From Bugula neritina (taxonomy: Eukaryota > Animalia > Bryozoa): a stretch of 64,000 nucleotides of DNA. Shown one piece after another: positions 40,201-55,200 of the stretch (its first letter is position 1; each line of letters begins with the position of its first letter). Position numbers and translations under genes: made by a program. The notes under the pieces were generated by a model. That model did not search any database. It saw only the letters and a list, made by a program, of their open reading frames with translations, and was not told where the DNA came from. The stretch is taken from NCBI GenBank assembly GCA_964035545.1, contig OZ037767.1:2491680-2555679 (forward strand), in the 5' to 3' direction.

Positions 40201-43200
40201 AATCAAAACATGCATTTTTATTAAAAGACTCAAAAACTTATAAGAATTATTGTACTTTTAAATGAATTTTTGACAGAAAACTGAATGGATTTATTGGATC
40301 TACTCATTTCCTTTTGCAAGCTACTCTAATTATTTTGAGTAAAAAATCATAAAAATTCTAAAAACACTTCAACAACAAATTTAAACTGAATTATAAACAT
40401 TTTGCACAACCAGCTGACCAATCAGAAGCAAGCTATTAAACACTAACTTTTTCTTTTCTTCAAGCATTCCAGTATACAGATTGATAAGTTCCAAGTAGCT
40501 GGTGGGGGTGGTGTAGTAACGTCTCTTTAGGGCCTCATAGAACTTATCAGCCATAGTAGTTACACTCATGTGTATTTCTACACACATTTCTGAAATCTTG
40601 GACTGCAATATTAAAAGATTAACATTCACAGACGTGTTGACATGTAATAATGCTAGCACATCACACACTGTTTAAATGCTTTTATATTACAAAATCGAGC
40701 ATAGGAAAGAGTAGAATAAAAAATATGGCAATGTAAAACACCTTTGTTTTATAATGAAATGTAAATCAAATATTGAAGTTATACTTAGGCAATTCATGCA
40801 AAAATGATAAATGTAAAAAGAAAAAAAATCATAAAAACATGCAGGGCAACATATGCTCTTATGACTGACGCGTTGATTAAGCTTCTAGAGAAAATAATAG
40901 ACTTCATGCAGACGTACAAATTATATAAGCGGATGCAGAGATAAAGCACATGTGAACGGAAGTGGTTGTGTGATTTGTAGCTTCAGTATTCATACACTTA
41001 CCTTCAATTCGGCAGTCTTATAAAAATCAGTATGAAAAGTTTAAGGATAGCAAATAAACAACAAGCATCAACCATTTTATTTACAAATAAAAATCAAAAA
41101 CAGTTTATTTCATAAAGAACTCTTTAAATCATTAAAAATTCAAAACTAATTTACAAAAAAATAAAAGTTTGTTAACTTCGCTTTCTAAACAAGAACTCCG
41201 CCCACCTTCATTGACTCTTCACCCAGGTCTATCTCGGAGAAGAGTGAGCTAGCCACGCCCATCAATGCCTCTCTCGGCCACTCAACGAACCAATCAATGG
41301 TACAGCAGTTGACCAGAGATGGGAACATACGGCATCTCGATCTGAATGCACTTCCAACAGGACTCATGCACAGCACGATGTGGAGATTACTCCTAAAAAT
41401 CAACCAATGATCTATTGGCAAACCTTTTGTATAGTCTATAGCAGTTTTTAATTACTGATTAATATATTTTAAAGACTAAATATTGAGAAAACAGCTGAAC
41501 TTTCAGAGTTTACTTTTATACGCATAAAACAAAATGAACTAATCTTCACGTATTATCAGAGTTTATATATATCATATTGTGATAAAATTACACCATACAC
41601 TACTGCGTTGAGTCCAGGAAATGATCATGTGTAAACAACTTCATAAACATCCCATCATTTATACACTAGTAGTCATAAGACCACACCACCACTTACCGTA
41701 CTCTGTTGATTGCGTACTCATAAATTGCATCTCGATTTCCCTCGGGAATTCCAGCTTCTTTAGCCCCTGGTCTACAGGCTATAATCAACTGCTCCAATTC
41801 GTCAGGTTCCAACAAATTTGGCACTTCTCCTGAGTTGAGAATGTTATTGATGTCTTCAAGGAATTCTGAAAGTAGTATAGACAGGAAAGGCTGTAGAGGT
41901 TATTGTGAGGTTAAACATCATGATTACATGTAACTAGTAACTACTTATTAGTCACTATTAACTCAGTACTAGCAATTAATAACTAATAAGTGGTTAAAAG
42001 TTACCATTTGCTAAATGAAAAATTGTTAGTAACTTTATATCACCAGCAATATCAATAAATTTATATTTTATAGGTACTACAAATATGCATAATGTTTTAG
42101 CTGAATTTCTATTTTTAATTGCATGAAATTGTAGTGATTGCATATTCATTAAATACTTAGTAATCCAATAAGAGTATACATAGTAATTGGTGAATTGACA
42201 CACACCCAATGAGTAATAAACGATGAGTCGTTGAACTCATTGGTACGTCTGCACCCAGTCCTACCTTCCACCACGATTTGAGTATCGGTAAACAGGAAGA
42301 CAGTGTCTAGATTCTGCACTCCGGCCATTTGATACAATTTCTTCAGATCCTCATGGAAAGCGACATAGTCGTAACCTCTACTGAGCTCTATCTGGAAGCA
42401 GCTGTAGCCACACATGTGGGATGCCAGCCTGTAGAATAGACATCAATGAGCTATTAAACAAGTAGCAAAACATATCTCAAAATAGTTAAATTTGTGTAAA
42501 ATTATTGTCCTTCAACATCTGGTGAAAAATTTATTTTATAAACTAGAATTTCCGCAGATCAACGATGATCTAAATTCCCATCATGCAACAGCTCCATACA
42601 ACCATAGAAACCATTCTCATAATTAGCAATCTTTTGACAATCTACAACATACCTGGTCAAAGACTGTTTTCCAGTTCCACCGACACCAACAAGCAGGGCG
42701 TTTCCTCTTTCCTGTCGGATCATTCTAGCAATTCTAGTCGTATGCTCAATAGCGTCAAGGAAGAACACGAGTTTCATTTCTTTACTAGTATTTAGGTTGT
42801 AGTCATCAAGGTACTAAAAAGTGAAACTCAATTTGGTTAGTTAGGCACCTGACAATTCATTTAATTCTTCAAGTTATACACCTAATTATTAGTTTAATGC
42901 ACTGCAACATTTGCATGTATAATATCATGAAAAAGATACTAAAAACACAACATAAACTGTTTTATAATTAATTGGAGGAACTTTTAATCTCACGGTTTAT
43001 AAAGAATCAAAAGTAAAAACATTCTCAATTATAAAAAATTCTAGTCAACTGTAATTGTTTTTTGATACCAGAAACGACTTATAAATCATTAGAACAAGCC
43101 GAGTCACTCATTATAACATCAAAAACATTTTCAATTATAAAAATGTCAAGTCAACTTAGCTTCAATTTTTGTATTACCAACAAAGTGGTGGCTTAAAAAC

Positions 43201-46200
43201 TAAGTTCGAGTCACAAAATATCTGAGTCACTTAGACACAAATCAAGTCTGAGTCACAAAAGACATGAGTCACTTAGACACAAATCAAGTCTGAGTCCCAA
43301 CAGACCATTTAGTCACTCAGATACATATCAAGTCTGAGTCACAACAGACCATTTAGTCACTCAGATACAAATCAAGTCTGAGTCACAACAGACCATTTAG
43401 TCACTCAGATACATATCAAGTCTGAGTCACAACAGACCATTTAGTCACTCAGACACAAACCAAGTCTGAGTCACAACAGACCATTTAGTCACTCAGATAC
43501 ATATCAAGTCTGAGTCACAACAGACCATTTAGTCACTCAGATACATATCAAGTCTGAGTCACAACAGACCATTCAGTCACTCAGATACATATCAAGTCTG
43601 AGTCACAACAGACCATTTAGTCACTTAGACACAAATCAAGTCTCAGTCACAACAGACCATTGAGTCACTCAGATACATATCAAGTCTGAGTCACAACAGA
43701 CCATTTAGTCACTCAGACACAAACCAAGTCTGAGTCACTACAGACCATTTAGTCACTCAGATACATACATCAGTGAGAACTGTCTTCAACTTCTCAAGAT
43801 TGTTGAGCTCTTCGTAAACCCTGTCACTCTTTTCAGCACCAATTTTCATGAAGTCACCGAATAGAATCGGGTGAGTTACGAAAGACTCCGGCTCGATCGT
43901 CTGTAAACATACAACGTTGAGAAATGTCAACCCACGTAAGTTTGAGTAGAAAAAGCATATTTAATCATTTAAATCAGTACCGATTTATATCGTCAAACCT
44001 TTCATCCCTAAGTCAAGTCAACGCAAAAAGTCCAATTAGAAAGAATGTATTTGTGATGGCTGCTGTCATTTTTGGTCTCTTGGGGGTCATCCAAGATTTT
44101 CACTTTTTAATGTGGATGAATAGAGTAGGACTTTGTGATCACATTGCAGTTTAAATTTTCAAAATCAGTCAAATAAAACCAGAAATATGCCAGGTTATAC
44201 ACACAGCGGTCCACAACAATCGACTTTTATTATTGCGAGTAATTAACAGTCAAAGTTCGGCGACTCAAAATTGTACTAAATTCGTTGTTTATCTACCTAG
44301 CAACAGTGTCTTCAATTAGCTCCATCAGCCCAAAAGTTAGTTACCAGGGGTGGTTTTTTATGCTGATCATGAAAATATTAATTTAAAATTCATATCTGCA
44401 ATATCTTAATCAACATTTCAGAGTTGAGTTCAGTATAATGAGAACATTTTGATGATTATCCTGAGAGATTAATAATATAATGCCACGTGGTTTCATAATA
44501 AAATCTAACTCTTTTGTATCACTGATGTCACTAAGTTCATCATTACTATTATCACCACTACTCTTCAGTCCTTGTCCTTAATTTTCAATGTAGAAACATT
44601 CTTTTAAATTGTCAATATCTGCTATCTATTAACTTGCAGCGCGATCCAGTCGCCATGTTTATTATTAGTAACAATTCTCAGTCAAATTATACCTAATTAC
44701 GTTGCGCTCTACACTACGCCGCTATTTTAACTATTGTTAAAGCTCGCGCTATTATGCTCTAATCACGTGACCAGCTTGCCAACCATGGAATGGCTCATTA
44801 AAACACCAATCATTCATAAACCATAGCAGATATCACAAAACTGATTGGACAGCTAGAAAGAGCACATGTTAATTGACTATTACACACTAAAAGCTAAAAC
44901 TGACCTATTTATGACAACTATAGATAAAACCCCTTATAACTAACAATAGCGAATAATGCCAAGAGACCAAAACTGACAGGAGCCATCACATTTATTTATT
45001 AATTTAAATTCGTCTTAAATCTGACCAACCTTACATTTTCAAACCGATTAAAATCAAATTAACTGTGCAAACCTCTGGCTTTTACATAACACTATTTACA
45101 CATCAAAGACTCAACAAACCTCACTGAAGTACTTGGAGGCCATTTCGGTAAGCATGGTGTGGAAGTATTGTTTGTCTTCATTGTTGATGAGACGGTCGTG
45201 AAATACTCGGAGGGTTTCATGACAAAACAGTCTGAACACCTGTTTGTTATCTCTGACATTACCCACGTCACACTGTAGGATACCTGGGATATGAAACCAT
45301 CATAACAGGATATAACGCTACACCAAACCTAGCGTCTTAATGAATTATAAATTTAAAAACTTCATGTTCAACTTAGAACATCAGAAAAACATTTACTTTA
45401 GAGATGTGAAAAAAGTTCTAAAATGAATTATATTGAATGTGTTGAAAATAATACTTTTCTATGCTGCAAATATTCTGCAATACTTTTCTAAAACAGGAAA
45501 AACCCAGGAGTGAATACTTCAATGATGTCTTCAGACAGTTTACCACTCACCTTGAACACATTTAGAGAGATCTCTCAAGTTGAACACGTAATGTGACTTG
45601 GCGGGAGTTGGCAGCAGTTCAGCTGACATCCTGTTGTATATCTCAACGGCAGCGCCAACAATAGACTCTGCAGTCTGCTTCACAGCCTGAGGAAACTCGT
45701 GGAAGAACCCGTTGAGAATAGCCTACAAAAATATATGCCATGCAGACGTAAGAACGAATTTAAGCAGCATATAAATTTAATTTAATTTAAATATCAAATT
45801 AAAATATTATTAATTTTAAAACTAAATATTAAATAAATTTAATTCAATTTAACTTGCTGTTACGTACTAAGAACATGTGCTTTAGACTGTGTTCATTTGG
45901 GGAGGGAATACTGAGCATAGCAAAGTGTCTGATAAGTCGAGGGGTGACGGGGTTTCGTCCACCACCAGGGGGAGCACAGGCTGCAGAAAGAGTCACATCC
46001 TGTATTTCTCTCCAGAACAGCTTGTCTCTGTCATAGAAACCTCTGAAGTCCTAAAAATGAACACCACTTTATAAAATACACAACAATAAACACTATACAG
46101 CTATTACTATGTACTATACAATCATTACAACATACTATACAAATACCACTACATACTATACAACTACCACTACATACTATACAACTCACACTACATACTA

Positions 46201-49200
46201 TACAACTCACACTACTAGTATAACTAACTAATAACTACCTGGTACTGTCTGAGAAGTTCGAGGGGTGGTTGGGAGCCATAAGTGTCCAGTTTAGGCATAT
46301 TCAAATCATCAACAAAGAAGACGACCTTCTTACCAATGGGAGCACCTGGCAACAAGTGGCAACAAGTGACAACAAGTGACAACAAGTTATGACAGGTGAC
46401 ACAAGGTGCTGACAACACCAACTACTTCCTTTCAGCATGTCACAGTTTGAAGTGACATTCACAAATATGTCCTCACTTACCAAGAATGTTCTTTCGTTTC
46501 TTCTCTAGTTTAGACTCAATCATAACCTGGGTGCTTTGACTGTTGGTTTGGGCTGAGAAGTTGATAAACACAGGAACTAGTTTTGCTTTATCTTGTATTG
46601 TGTTGAGGTGACCACGGGCTATCACAGACTGTAAGAGACGTCAAAGAGTTTCCCATAAACCATATGAACAATGCCAGTTCCACATAATTCATGTAGAAGT
46701 TTCTAGACTATTGCTAGTATTTCAAGCTAGTATAAAAGCAGATAATTTATTCATACACTTGAGTTCAGTAATAAAATTCCTACAAATTACACAGCTCTAC
46801 CATAAAAGACTGTTAGATACCATAACACCATCTCATCTCAAATTTGATCACGACAGGACATCTTATCTCCAATTCTGATAGACACATCTCAATATTTTCA
46901 GACAACAGATATTCTTAAAAGAACCGTCACACTGTACACCAATTTTGTGGCAATATGGCAGTACTTACTTTACCAACTCCAGTGCTCCCCGTGTACAAGA
47001 CGGAATGGCCGACAGCTAGAAACTTCTCCAGCAGATATCCAAAGCGGACCGTGTCTACAGTTGGTACGACCATGTCAAAGAATGGCAGCTCGGGATTGTA
47101 ATGGAACCGTGGTACAGCTTTCTCCCACAAGTCCATCCTCTTGGATTCATAGTCCATGTAGATACTCCAGACGTCACCAACTGATGGTAGCTGTAAAACA
47201 AGCATATCCTTGAAATACTACAGCATGAAATGATTGCAATGTAACACAAGTGTATTTTCATTTGATTATAATTATAATGAAGGAAAAAATTATTCTAGAT
47301 TATCACTACCTACTCATATAAGTTTTCAGATGGGAATAATTTTTCAAAAACTTTAAATTATTGTTAATAAAATAAACTGTTATTTTCGCCAAGGTTTTTT
47401 TTGCTTTAGTAATCAATTTTGTTTCAATCAAAATAAATATTAAATAAGAGTCGGAGTGGCAAAACTTCACCTTGACATCAGCGTTGTCTTCAAACAAGCC
47501 TTTAGTGAAAGTATCGAAAGAGTCCCACTGCTGTTCTTCTATGTTGCCACCGATAGTCCAGGTGAAGCAGAAGACAAATGTTGTGGCTACCAGAGAGTGA
47601 AGACGGGACGGGTCTTGTGAGAAATCAAGACCGCCCCGCTGGAAGAACAGCGATTCCAACAGTTTGCACAGGCTAACCACTTTGCTCACATCAACCTGTA
47701 AAATAAAACTTATACTCATATTCATAATTAATAGCAAATAAAAATTCTTTAATTGAGTAAGCATAACATCACAGTCACATTGATAACAGCATTTTATATT
47801 AAAGTAAGAACAATAACAAGGAGTTGTCTTCCCACCTGGTTAATCATCTGGTTGCACTTCCTGTTTACAAACTTGAGTCCGGCGTCGACATATCTGTTGA
47901 ACAACTCCAGTATGAAGTCGTACGTGTCGGGATGTTTCAGGTGCTTCTTCATTGAAGTCAGCCATGTCTTCACATACGGCATCCATCTTAGTTCATCCGG
48001 GTCAATGTAGACCATACCACACCTGCGAGTAACAGCAGATGACTAATGATGATGTCTTTACCCAGTAAAATAGCTCTGTTTAACCATTATAACTTTCTCT
48101 CTAAGAAAGAATCCTCAATTTTCTATATTAATATATCAAGTCGCAATAGTTTTGATAGTCCATTTATAAATTATTAGCAAATAGGAATGTCCGTTTTATA
48201 TTTCTCAGATTTGAAAAAACAAGGTTTCACCACTAAAAATCTTCAACTTTTAAATTTTAATGGTTTTAAGGATAAATATTTTAGCTTTATTAACAAATGA
48301 TAATTTAGTTGGAATGCCAGTTACTGCAAGTAACTTGCGGCACTAGTTTGCATCAGAGAACGAGTGTAACACCAAGAGACTTAAAAACCAATGTGCAGAC
48401 GATTCCCACCTGCTAACTGTAGCAGGGGAGGCAACTGCGAGATCTTGTACTTCAAACAGCATGTGAATATAAGGAGTGAGTTTGATACGCTCACTGTTGG
48501 CTAGACACAGCATCTTGTTGTCGTCCAGCACGGTGTTCATGTTCTCAATCCAGAGAGCGTCTACGGGACCATCAGATATGACCCACTGGTGGTCACTGGT
48601 CGTGTCCTGTCAACAGAAAATGTGACTAACGCTACGTCTGCTTTCATGATACTTTTGAAACAGACTACTCAATTCAAAGGTCAATTTAACATGACGCTAT
48701 TAAAGTTATAAATATTATTTTAAAAGTAAATTCATTTCATATATCTGCATGTCCATTGAACCTCGTGATTTTAGAAATGCTAACAGCTGTTGTTGATGAG
48801 CCTTAAAATTTCTATATTTAAATTCTTCTATAAAAAATATATTTAAAGCTGCAGGTAAGTTCAGTGTAAGTACATTATGCTACAGAAAGTTGGTATCAAG
48901 AGAACACAACTACCTGTACGCAGATTCTGACTGTAGTAGCCATTAGACCGTCATGCCATTCCAGGGTCAACTTGTCTATTCCACCATACAACTCATCCAT
49001 ACTAATAGCCTTGGGGTTCAGCACATACGTGTGAACTTTCTCGTAGAAGGGGTCAGCACCAGCCCCAAACTTCTCAGTCATGTTGTCCAGAACTTGTGCT
49101 AGAACCTTTAGATAAGGCATCAACACTGTATGCTAGTAATTGCATGGAAAGGACAAGTAGGTAATAGATTAAATAACAAAACACAAAAGTTTGTTCCAGT

Positions 49201-52200
49201 GTAAAATGATAAAAATTCATAATCCAACTGATCATTCAGCAAGTCACGATTAATTAATTAGTCATTATTATTAAGTTAGTGACTAACTTAGTCTAAGTTA
49301 GTTACTATTATTAAGTTAGTCAAATGTTAACTTTTTATCATCAGGCAACTTCACTTTAACCTTCAGGCACACATATTTCCTTTATAAAATAATCAATATA
49401 ATTTAAGATAACCTTCTACTACTTCCCAACCCTCCTCTAAACTAATAAGACAAGAAAATTACTACTATGAATATAGTAGATAGGTCACTAAATGTGAACA
49501 GGTTTATACAGAAGTTTGAATTGCACCAAGACATCTAAGTTACCTCATAACACGTGGTCTTGCCACCGCCAGTTGGTCCGACCAACATAACGCCGTGACG
49601 TACGACCATCGTCTCGAAGAACTGAATGACTTTCTTGATAAGACAGAGCTCGGGCTGCAAACCTTTAGTAACCATTACAGAAATGATCTCTTCTTGCAGA
49701 GCACCATAGTCGTGCTCCGGGATGGTAACTCCTGGGAAGAGATCTTGGAGAATAGCCTGTAAACCAACAGAAGTTGCATTACTTTACGAGAACGCATGGT
49801 GAGCCCCCAACATCTTTCAGAGCAAATACTAACCTGAAACAAGGCAGCATCGTCTACTAAGAACTTGGGCAAGTTGCTGTCTCTTAGAGCTCTGATCAAC
49901 ACCACGTCTTCAGGTTTATCTGGATTTTGTCTTTTCAAAGAGCCGGCCATCACCAGGACAGATTTGACAGCTCGCATACCTATTATTGTATAAAGTCAGC
50001 ATTATCCTATACGCTGAGGCTGTTTTATAAAAAGATGCACCCAAGCAGGGTGGCATGCCAAGACTTGCTATATAATGTTAAGTGAATATACCAAGTTCTT
50101 TCAGTGGCAACATAGAGCCAAGTCTAACTAACATGTTTACCAAATTAGTATTGATGCTAGTAAAGTGCAAGCATAAGCGTATATACAAATGAATCAATTA
50201 CTACTAAATAACCCCAAACAAATATAAAGTGCAAGTCGCTAATATAAAAATTACTGTTACACTAAGAATTATATTACATCAAGATTTAAGAATTACTTTG
50301 CATCAAGAATTACTATCAAATTAGGAATTAATTTACATTAAGAGTTCCTATTACATTTGGAATTACTTTAAATTAAAAATTAATTTTCATTAAGAATTAC
50401 TATTACATTAAGAATTACTTTAAATTAAAAATTACTCTTTTACAAAGAAAGACACTAAATCATAACATTTAGCATTTTACAAACTGAGAGAAGTGCTTTC
50501 ACCAAAGTCGTAGTGATCTTGTTGGGAGAGCTGTTCACTGCACAGCTGGTACATCTGAGCCATCTTCTGTGCCAACACTTTGGAGGACTCGAACCCCTCC
50601 GAGTAGAGGATCACCTCAGCAATGAGGCGGTAGTTGGGAACCATCATGGCAATGGGTCTGAACAGGGCCTGCAGGTTGTCTGGCAGTTCAGTTCTACCTG
50701 CGTAGCCTGGGTTCATTGTGATAAAGGCGGCGCATGTTGAAATGAGTTTAATCTCACGCCCCTCAAACATAAACCTTTGCAGCTACAAATAAACATAAAC
50801 TAAATAAGTTTAACAATGGCAAAAAAGCCCAGGTTTATACAACTTTTCTATTCTTGAGTTAGCTAAAATACAAAATCTGAATATAAAGACAATTTAGTAA
50901 TGCAAATCCATCTTATCGATCAGGTTCGTAGTACAGTAGCATGTTTATTAATAGTAATAATTACTATTTTAAGGGTACAGCTAATACAGACATAAACAAA
51001 TTATGATAAAATTTGTAGACCATTCAACTGCTTGATAACTCTTTTCAATTTTTTATAAGTATTAAATTTTCAATTCAGGAGTTATAACAACTTGTAGCTG
51101 TGACAGCCTGCAGCTTTTACAAGTGACTTACCTTGGCAGCTTTAGCATTCCTGATAGTGATGAGCTGCTGAGCAATGACAGACAGCACCTCGATGTCGAT
51201 CCTGTTGAACTCGTCAAAGCAGCACCAGGCTCCTGATTGGGCGAGCCCGGAGAAGAATTTTCCCATCATTTTATAGTCGAGACCGTCAGAGCAGTTGAAC
51301 ACGACACACTGTAATTTCATTTTAATTCAATTTACTGTGTAACTATCCGACATAATACAGAAGTAAACTTTAAAAAAAGGAAAGCTAATAGAATATTCTG
51401 GAACATTAATTTTACCTGCTTAGCCAATGACTTTGCCAAATCTTTAGTAGTTTCTGTTTTTCCTGTTCCTGCGGGACCAGCAGGTGCACCGCCGAGGTCC
51501 AGCTGCAGAGCTCCCATCAGACAGAGATAGCATCTGTCCTGTAATCATATAATAGAAATAATAATAACATCAGGAGGACAGGAAACTAACATATTTATAT
51601 AAAGCCAGTGCTGATGATTGCCAACCCACGATGACTTGTGGCCATAGGTGTGCAAACTTACATAAAGAAATCAAATGGCTTGCAGTGAGCCAGTGATAGA
51701 TGTCGACTTGACAAAAAATGACTGAATCACAGTGAAAAGGATGATGACTTACAGTGATAGAAATAATGACTCACAGGAAACAAAAATTGACTTACAGTAA
51801 GGAAAGAATTGACTCACAGTGATAGAAATAATGACTCAAAGTGAGTGCTGTGATGATTCACAGGAACCAGTGAAATGACTCACAGTAAGAGGAGTGATGA
51901 CAAGTCTAGGGGAAGACCCGAGGTACTCATAGCCATAGATGTAGACAGAGTTGGACATCTTCACCACGCAGTTGTCTAGACTCAAGTCCCAGTAATATCG
52001 GAGTTGCTTCTGCCACTCAAAGCTGCTGACATCGTCCACCTGAACTCTTACCATCTCTGTTATCATATCTCTGGCGTGGACGTCAATAGTGATCAGAGCA
52101 CCAATCACTGATCTCTCCAGCTTAGTTAGCTCTCCTAGTAAACATCAGATAAGAATTATAAACTACTTGATGTGCGGGAGCTTATATGTTTAAAGAATAA

Positions 52201-55200
52201 AACAGAAAGAAGAAAATTCAACCAACGCCAAAATAATCAAAGTCTTAAATCAAGATCAATTTATAATATCAATTTAAAACTCGCATCACCAAAAAATAAT
52301 GTAGTAAGTTTTTTAATGCAACTTAATTTAAAAACTAAAACAGATCATTTTGACTAAATAAGTATCATGTATACTAAAACCCATAAAACCTGAGGTTTCA
52401 AACGTAAGCAACAATCACCTCTGACTAATGCGGCTAGTTCATTGAGCTCTTTGAACGATCTCTGCTCAAAGTCCCTCATGCCCTGAAGTCTGTCATCGTT
52501 AGACTCTAGAATCTCAGTCACATCTCGGCACCACATGATTTGAGATACAGTGAGAATTACCTGCAGTCAGTAGTAATGAGCTAAACTCAAATACCTCTCC
52601 TTTACCACACAATAACACCTTTACTCAAACTCAAGCCTGGTGTATTCTAAAATTTAGCCTTAGTTGAACTCGATCCAGAAATGTTGAGTTGTTTTTAAAA
52701 ACAAACATTCAGTTTTTTCAACTCTTATAAAATCATGCTACATAATTATTTTAAAAAGTATTTATTTTCAATTTTCTCTACTACTTCTTTACTACTGTGC
52801 TTATTTCAGCCTCAACTTAAATTAAAACTAAGTCCAGTTTAGTTTCTGTTCAGTGTCACTGCAAAGCAGCAGCTTACTTGAGTAAAACAGCAGCTCACCC
52901 GAGCAAAGTAGAAGTTTACCAGAGTAAAGCAGGAGAGGATAACTGACCTGAGAGGCGTGCTGTGTCACCCACTCTGTTCTCGGTCTCTTCTCAAAGTCTG
53001 TGATGGCTGCTTTAGTCAGTTTCCTTAGATTTCCAAACATGCCTTCTTCAACTTTACCAAGCCACTCCTCCACATTTCCTATTGAAAATAAGGCAACTCC
53101 TTATACTCACATAGACAATATCAACATGACTCACATACAGAAACTTCATGAAACATCAGCAGCAGATGTGTTTACAAAATAAGTTTACCATATGACAAAA
53201 TTTTAGGTTATTTCTATTAAACTTTGCAAGTAAAGTAATACAGTAAGTAATACACCAGAAATACTGCATATGAACTCTGATCCCAGTAAGTAAGCACCTT
53301 TTATAATGTGATAGAAACACCCACCTCTGGCCTTGAGCCCTTTACCCAGAGAAACTTTCTCTGACTCAGGAGACACCATAGACAGGATGTCCGTAGTGTA
53401 CTGTACAGGTTCTCCGTCCTCACCACTTCCTTCTGCAATGCCAAACTCCAGCTTAGCTATCGCATCAAAGCACTTCCTCAAATGTGGCTGCACAGCCAGC
53501 GGATTTCTTGTTTGAGCAAGAATTTCCAGCAGCTCATCATTGGAGAGAAAGTAAAATCTGCAAAATAAAAAATAAATAATATTAGTTTTTATCAGTTTGG
53601 TAGAGTCACAGCAGATAAAAATTAATTTAGAATAGAAGTGAAACTAAAAGATAAATTTTATTCAGCAACTCTTTAGCAGCCATTTTTGACAATTATTGTT
53701 ACAACCAATTACTCTGTTTGCTGACTTCATATAACAATAATGCTAGACAGCAGAAAGAAGCTGCAACACAAGCAAACAAAAATCTGTATTATTATTGCTT
53801 CAGGTACAGGTGAAAAGATTTGGGCTAGTATTCTTTAATATCATATATATACCGAGGGAAGATAACTCTCTTAGACTCCAAGTATGCTTCCAGACACTTC
53901 TGTATTTGATCAAGAAGAGCATTGTTATTCTGGAAAGTTTCCAATAGTCCAGGTTGTGTTGCAGCTCTCATGGCTAGTGGTACCTACAGTTACAACACAC
54001 ACTGTCAAAACAAACGTCCGCTGTAATAGGATGACCCACTGTGAACAGACAACTCTGAAACTGAGTACACACCTTGTTCACTTTTCTCATAATGTCCTTA
54101 TAGGACTTGTCGACTGTGAGGAACATCTTGGACTCCGCGGGTAGTTGCCGCTGAATGTCAGGAGCAGAGAATATAGACTCCAGGTAGAGCCAGTTCCTCT
54201 GGCAGGTCAACCACTCATCCTGTGAGAAAAACATGTCAGCGTGCAGACGTAATGGTAACTTAGAGTAACAACAATGGACTGACAATGACACATTTACAAA
54301 AAATTATTATACAAATTTACAGTAGAAAACTATAGAAATCATAATTTAAAATACAATATGAACAAATAACAAAAAGTTAAAATAAATAATTTGATCTCAC
54401 TAAGATGAAATTTTATTGCATTGTATTCTTAAGCTAATTAATATTTGATAATAACCACACATTCTAGAATAATCTACACTCCTTATCAACATATACTAGT
54501 ATAATATGACCTCTACCTCCAATAAGACTATATTTACGTACCAGAGTTTTACCAAACAGCTCAAGAGATCTTTGCCAGTCATCAACTTTCTGTTTGATGG
54601 GTCCAACGTGCCGTGAGCTGGCGATAGTGGCAATATTGATGTTACTGTCGTCTAGCAGCTGCTGGATATCGTCTGTACCTCCGAGGATGAACACATCCTT
54701 GCTGTCTTTGTGAGCTAATACAGGAAACTCTGTCGCCTTCCATGAATCCTCCACCTTAATCAAACAACATGTACATAGGCATTGAGACATAGCACTTAAC
54801 CACTAACTAATTGAATAGCTTATTTACTATGCAAAATTCAAATTAAATTTTTCAAATTAAATTTTGTCATGAAACTGTGAATTAGTATCATGAAGCATTG
54901 AGACATATAAAACTAACTACTGCCTAATTAAACAGCCTAAAAATAACTACTAATTATTTAGACAGTTAATTCACATTCCAATTTAACTCTATTTTTCAAA
55001 TTGACCCTTATAATGGAGCTGTGAATTGGTATAATTAGTTCCAGAAATAAGTAAAAGCTCACTAAAAATCATAATTGATTAAATATGATTGAGCTTACCT
55101 TTTTCAAAATGGCTTCCAAGCTAGCTTCACTGCTAGCCTTCCCAGAGACCTCTTCAATTGCTTCTGTATGCTGGAAGGCATCTATTTCTACCAGTTTACC

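Noticed and set aside
43208-43768. Regularly spaced repeats superficially like a CRISPR array
   Set aside because: Head-to-tail units without unique spacers, no cas genes, and located in a eukaryotic intron.
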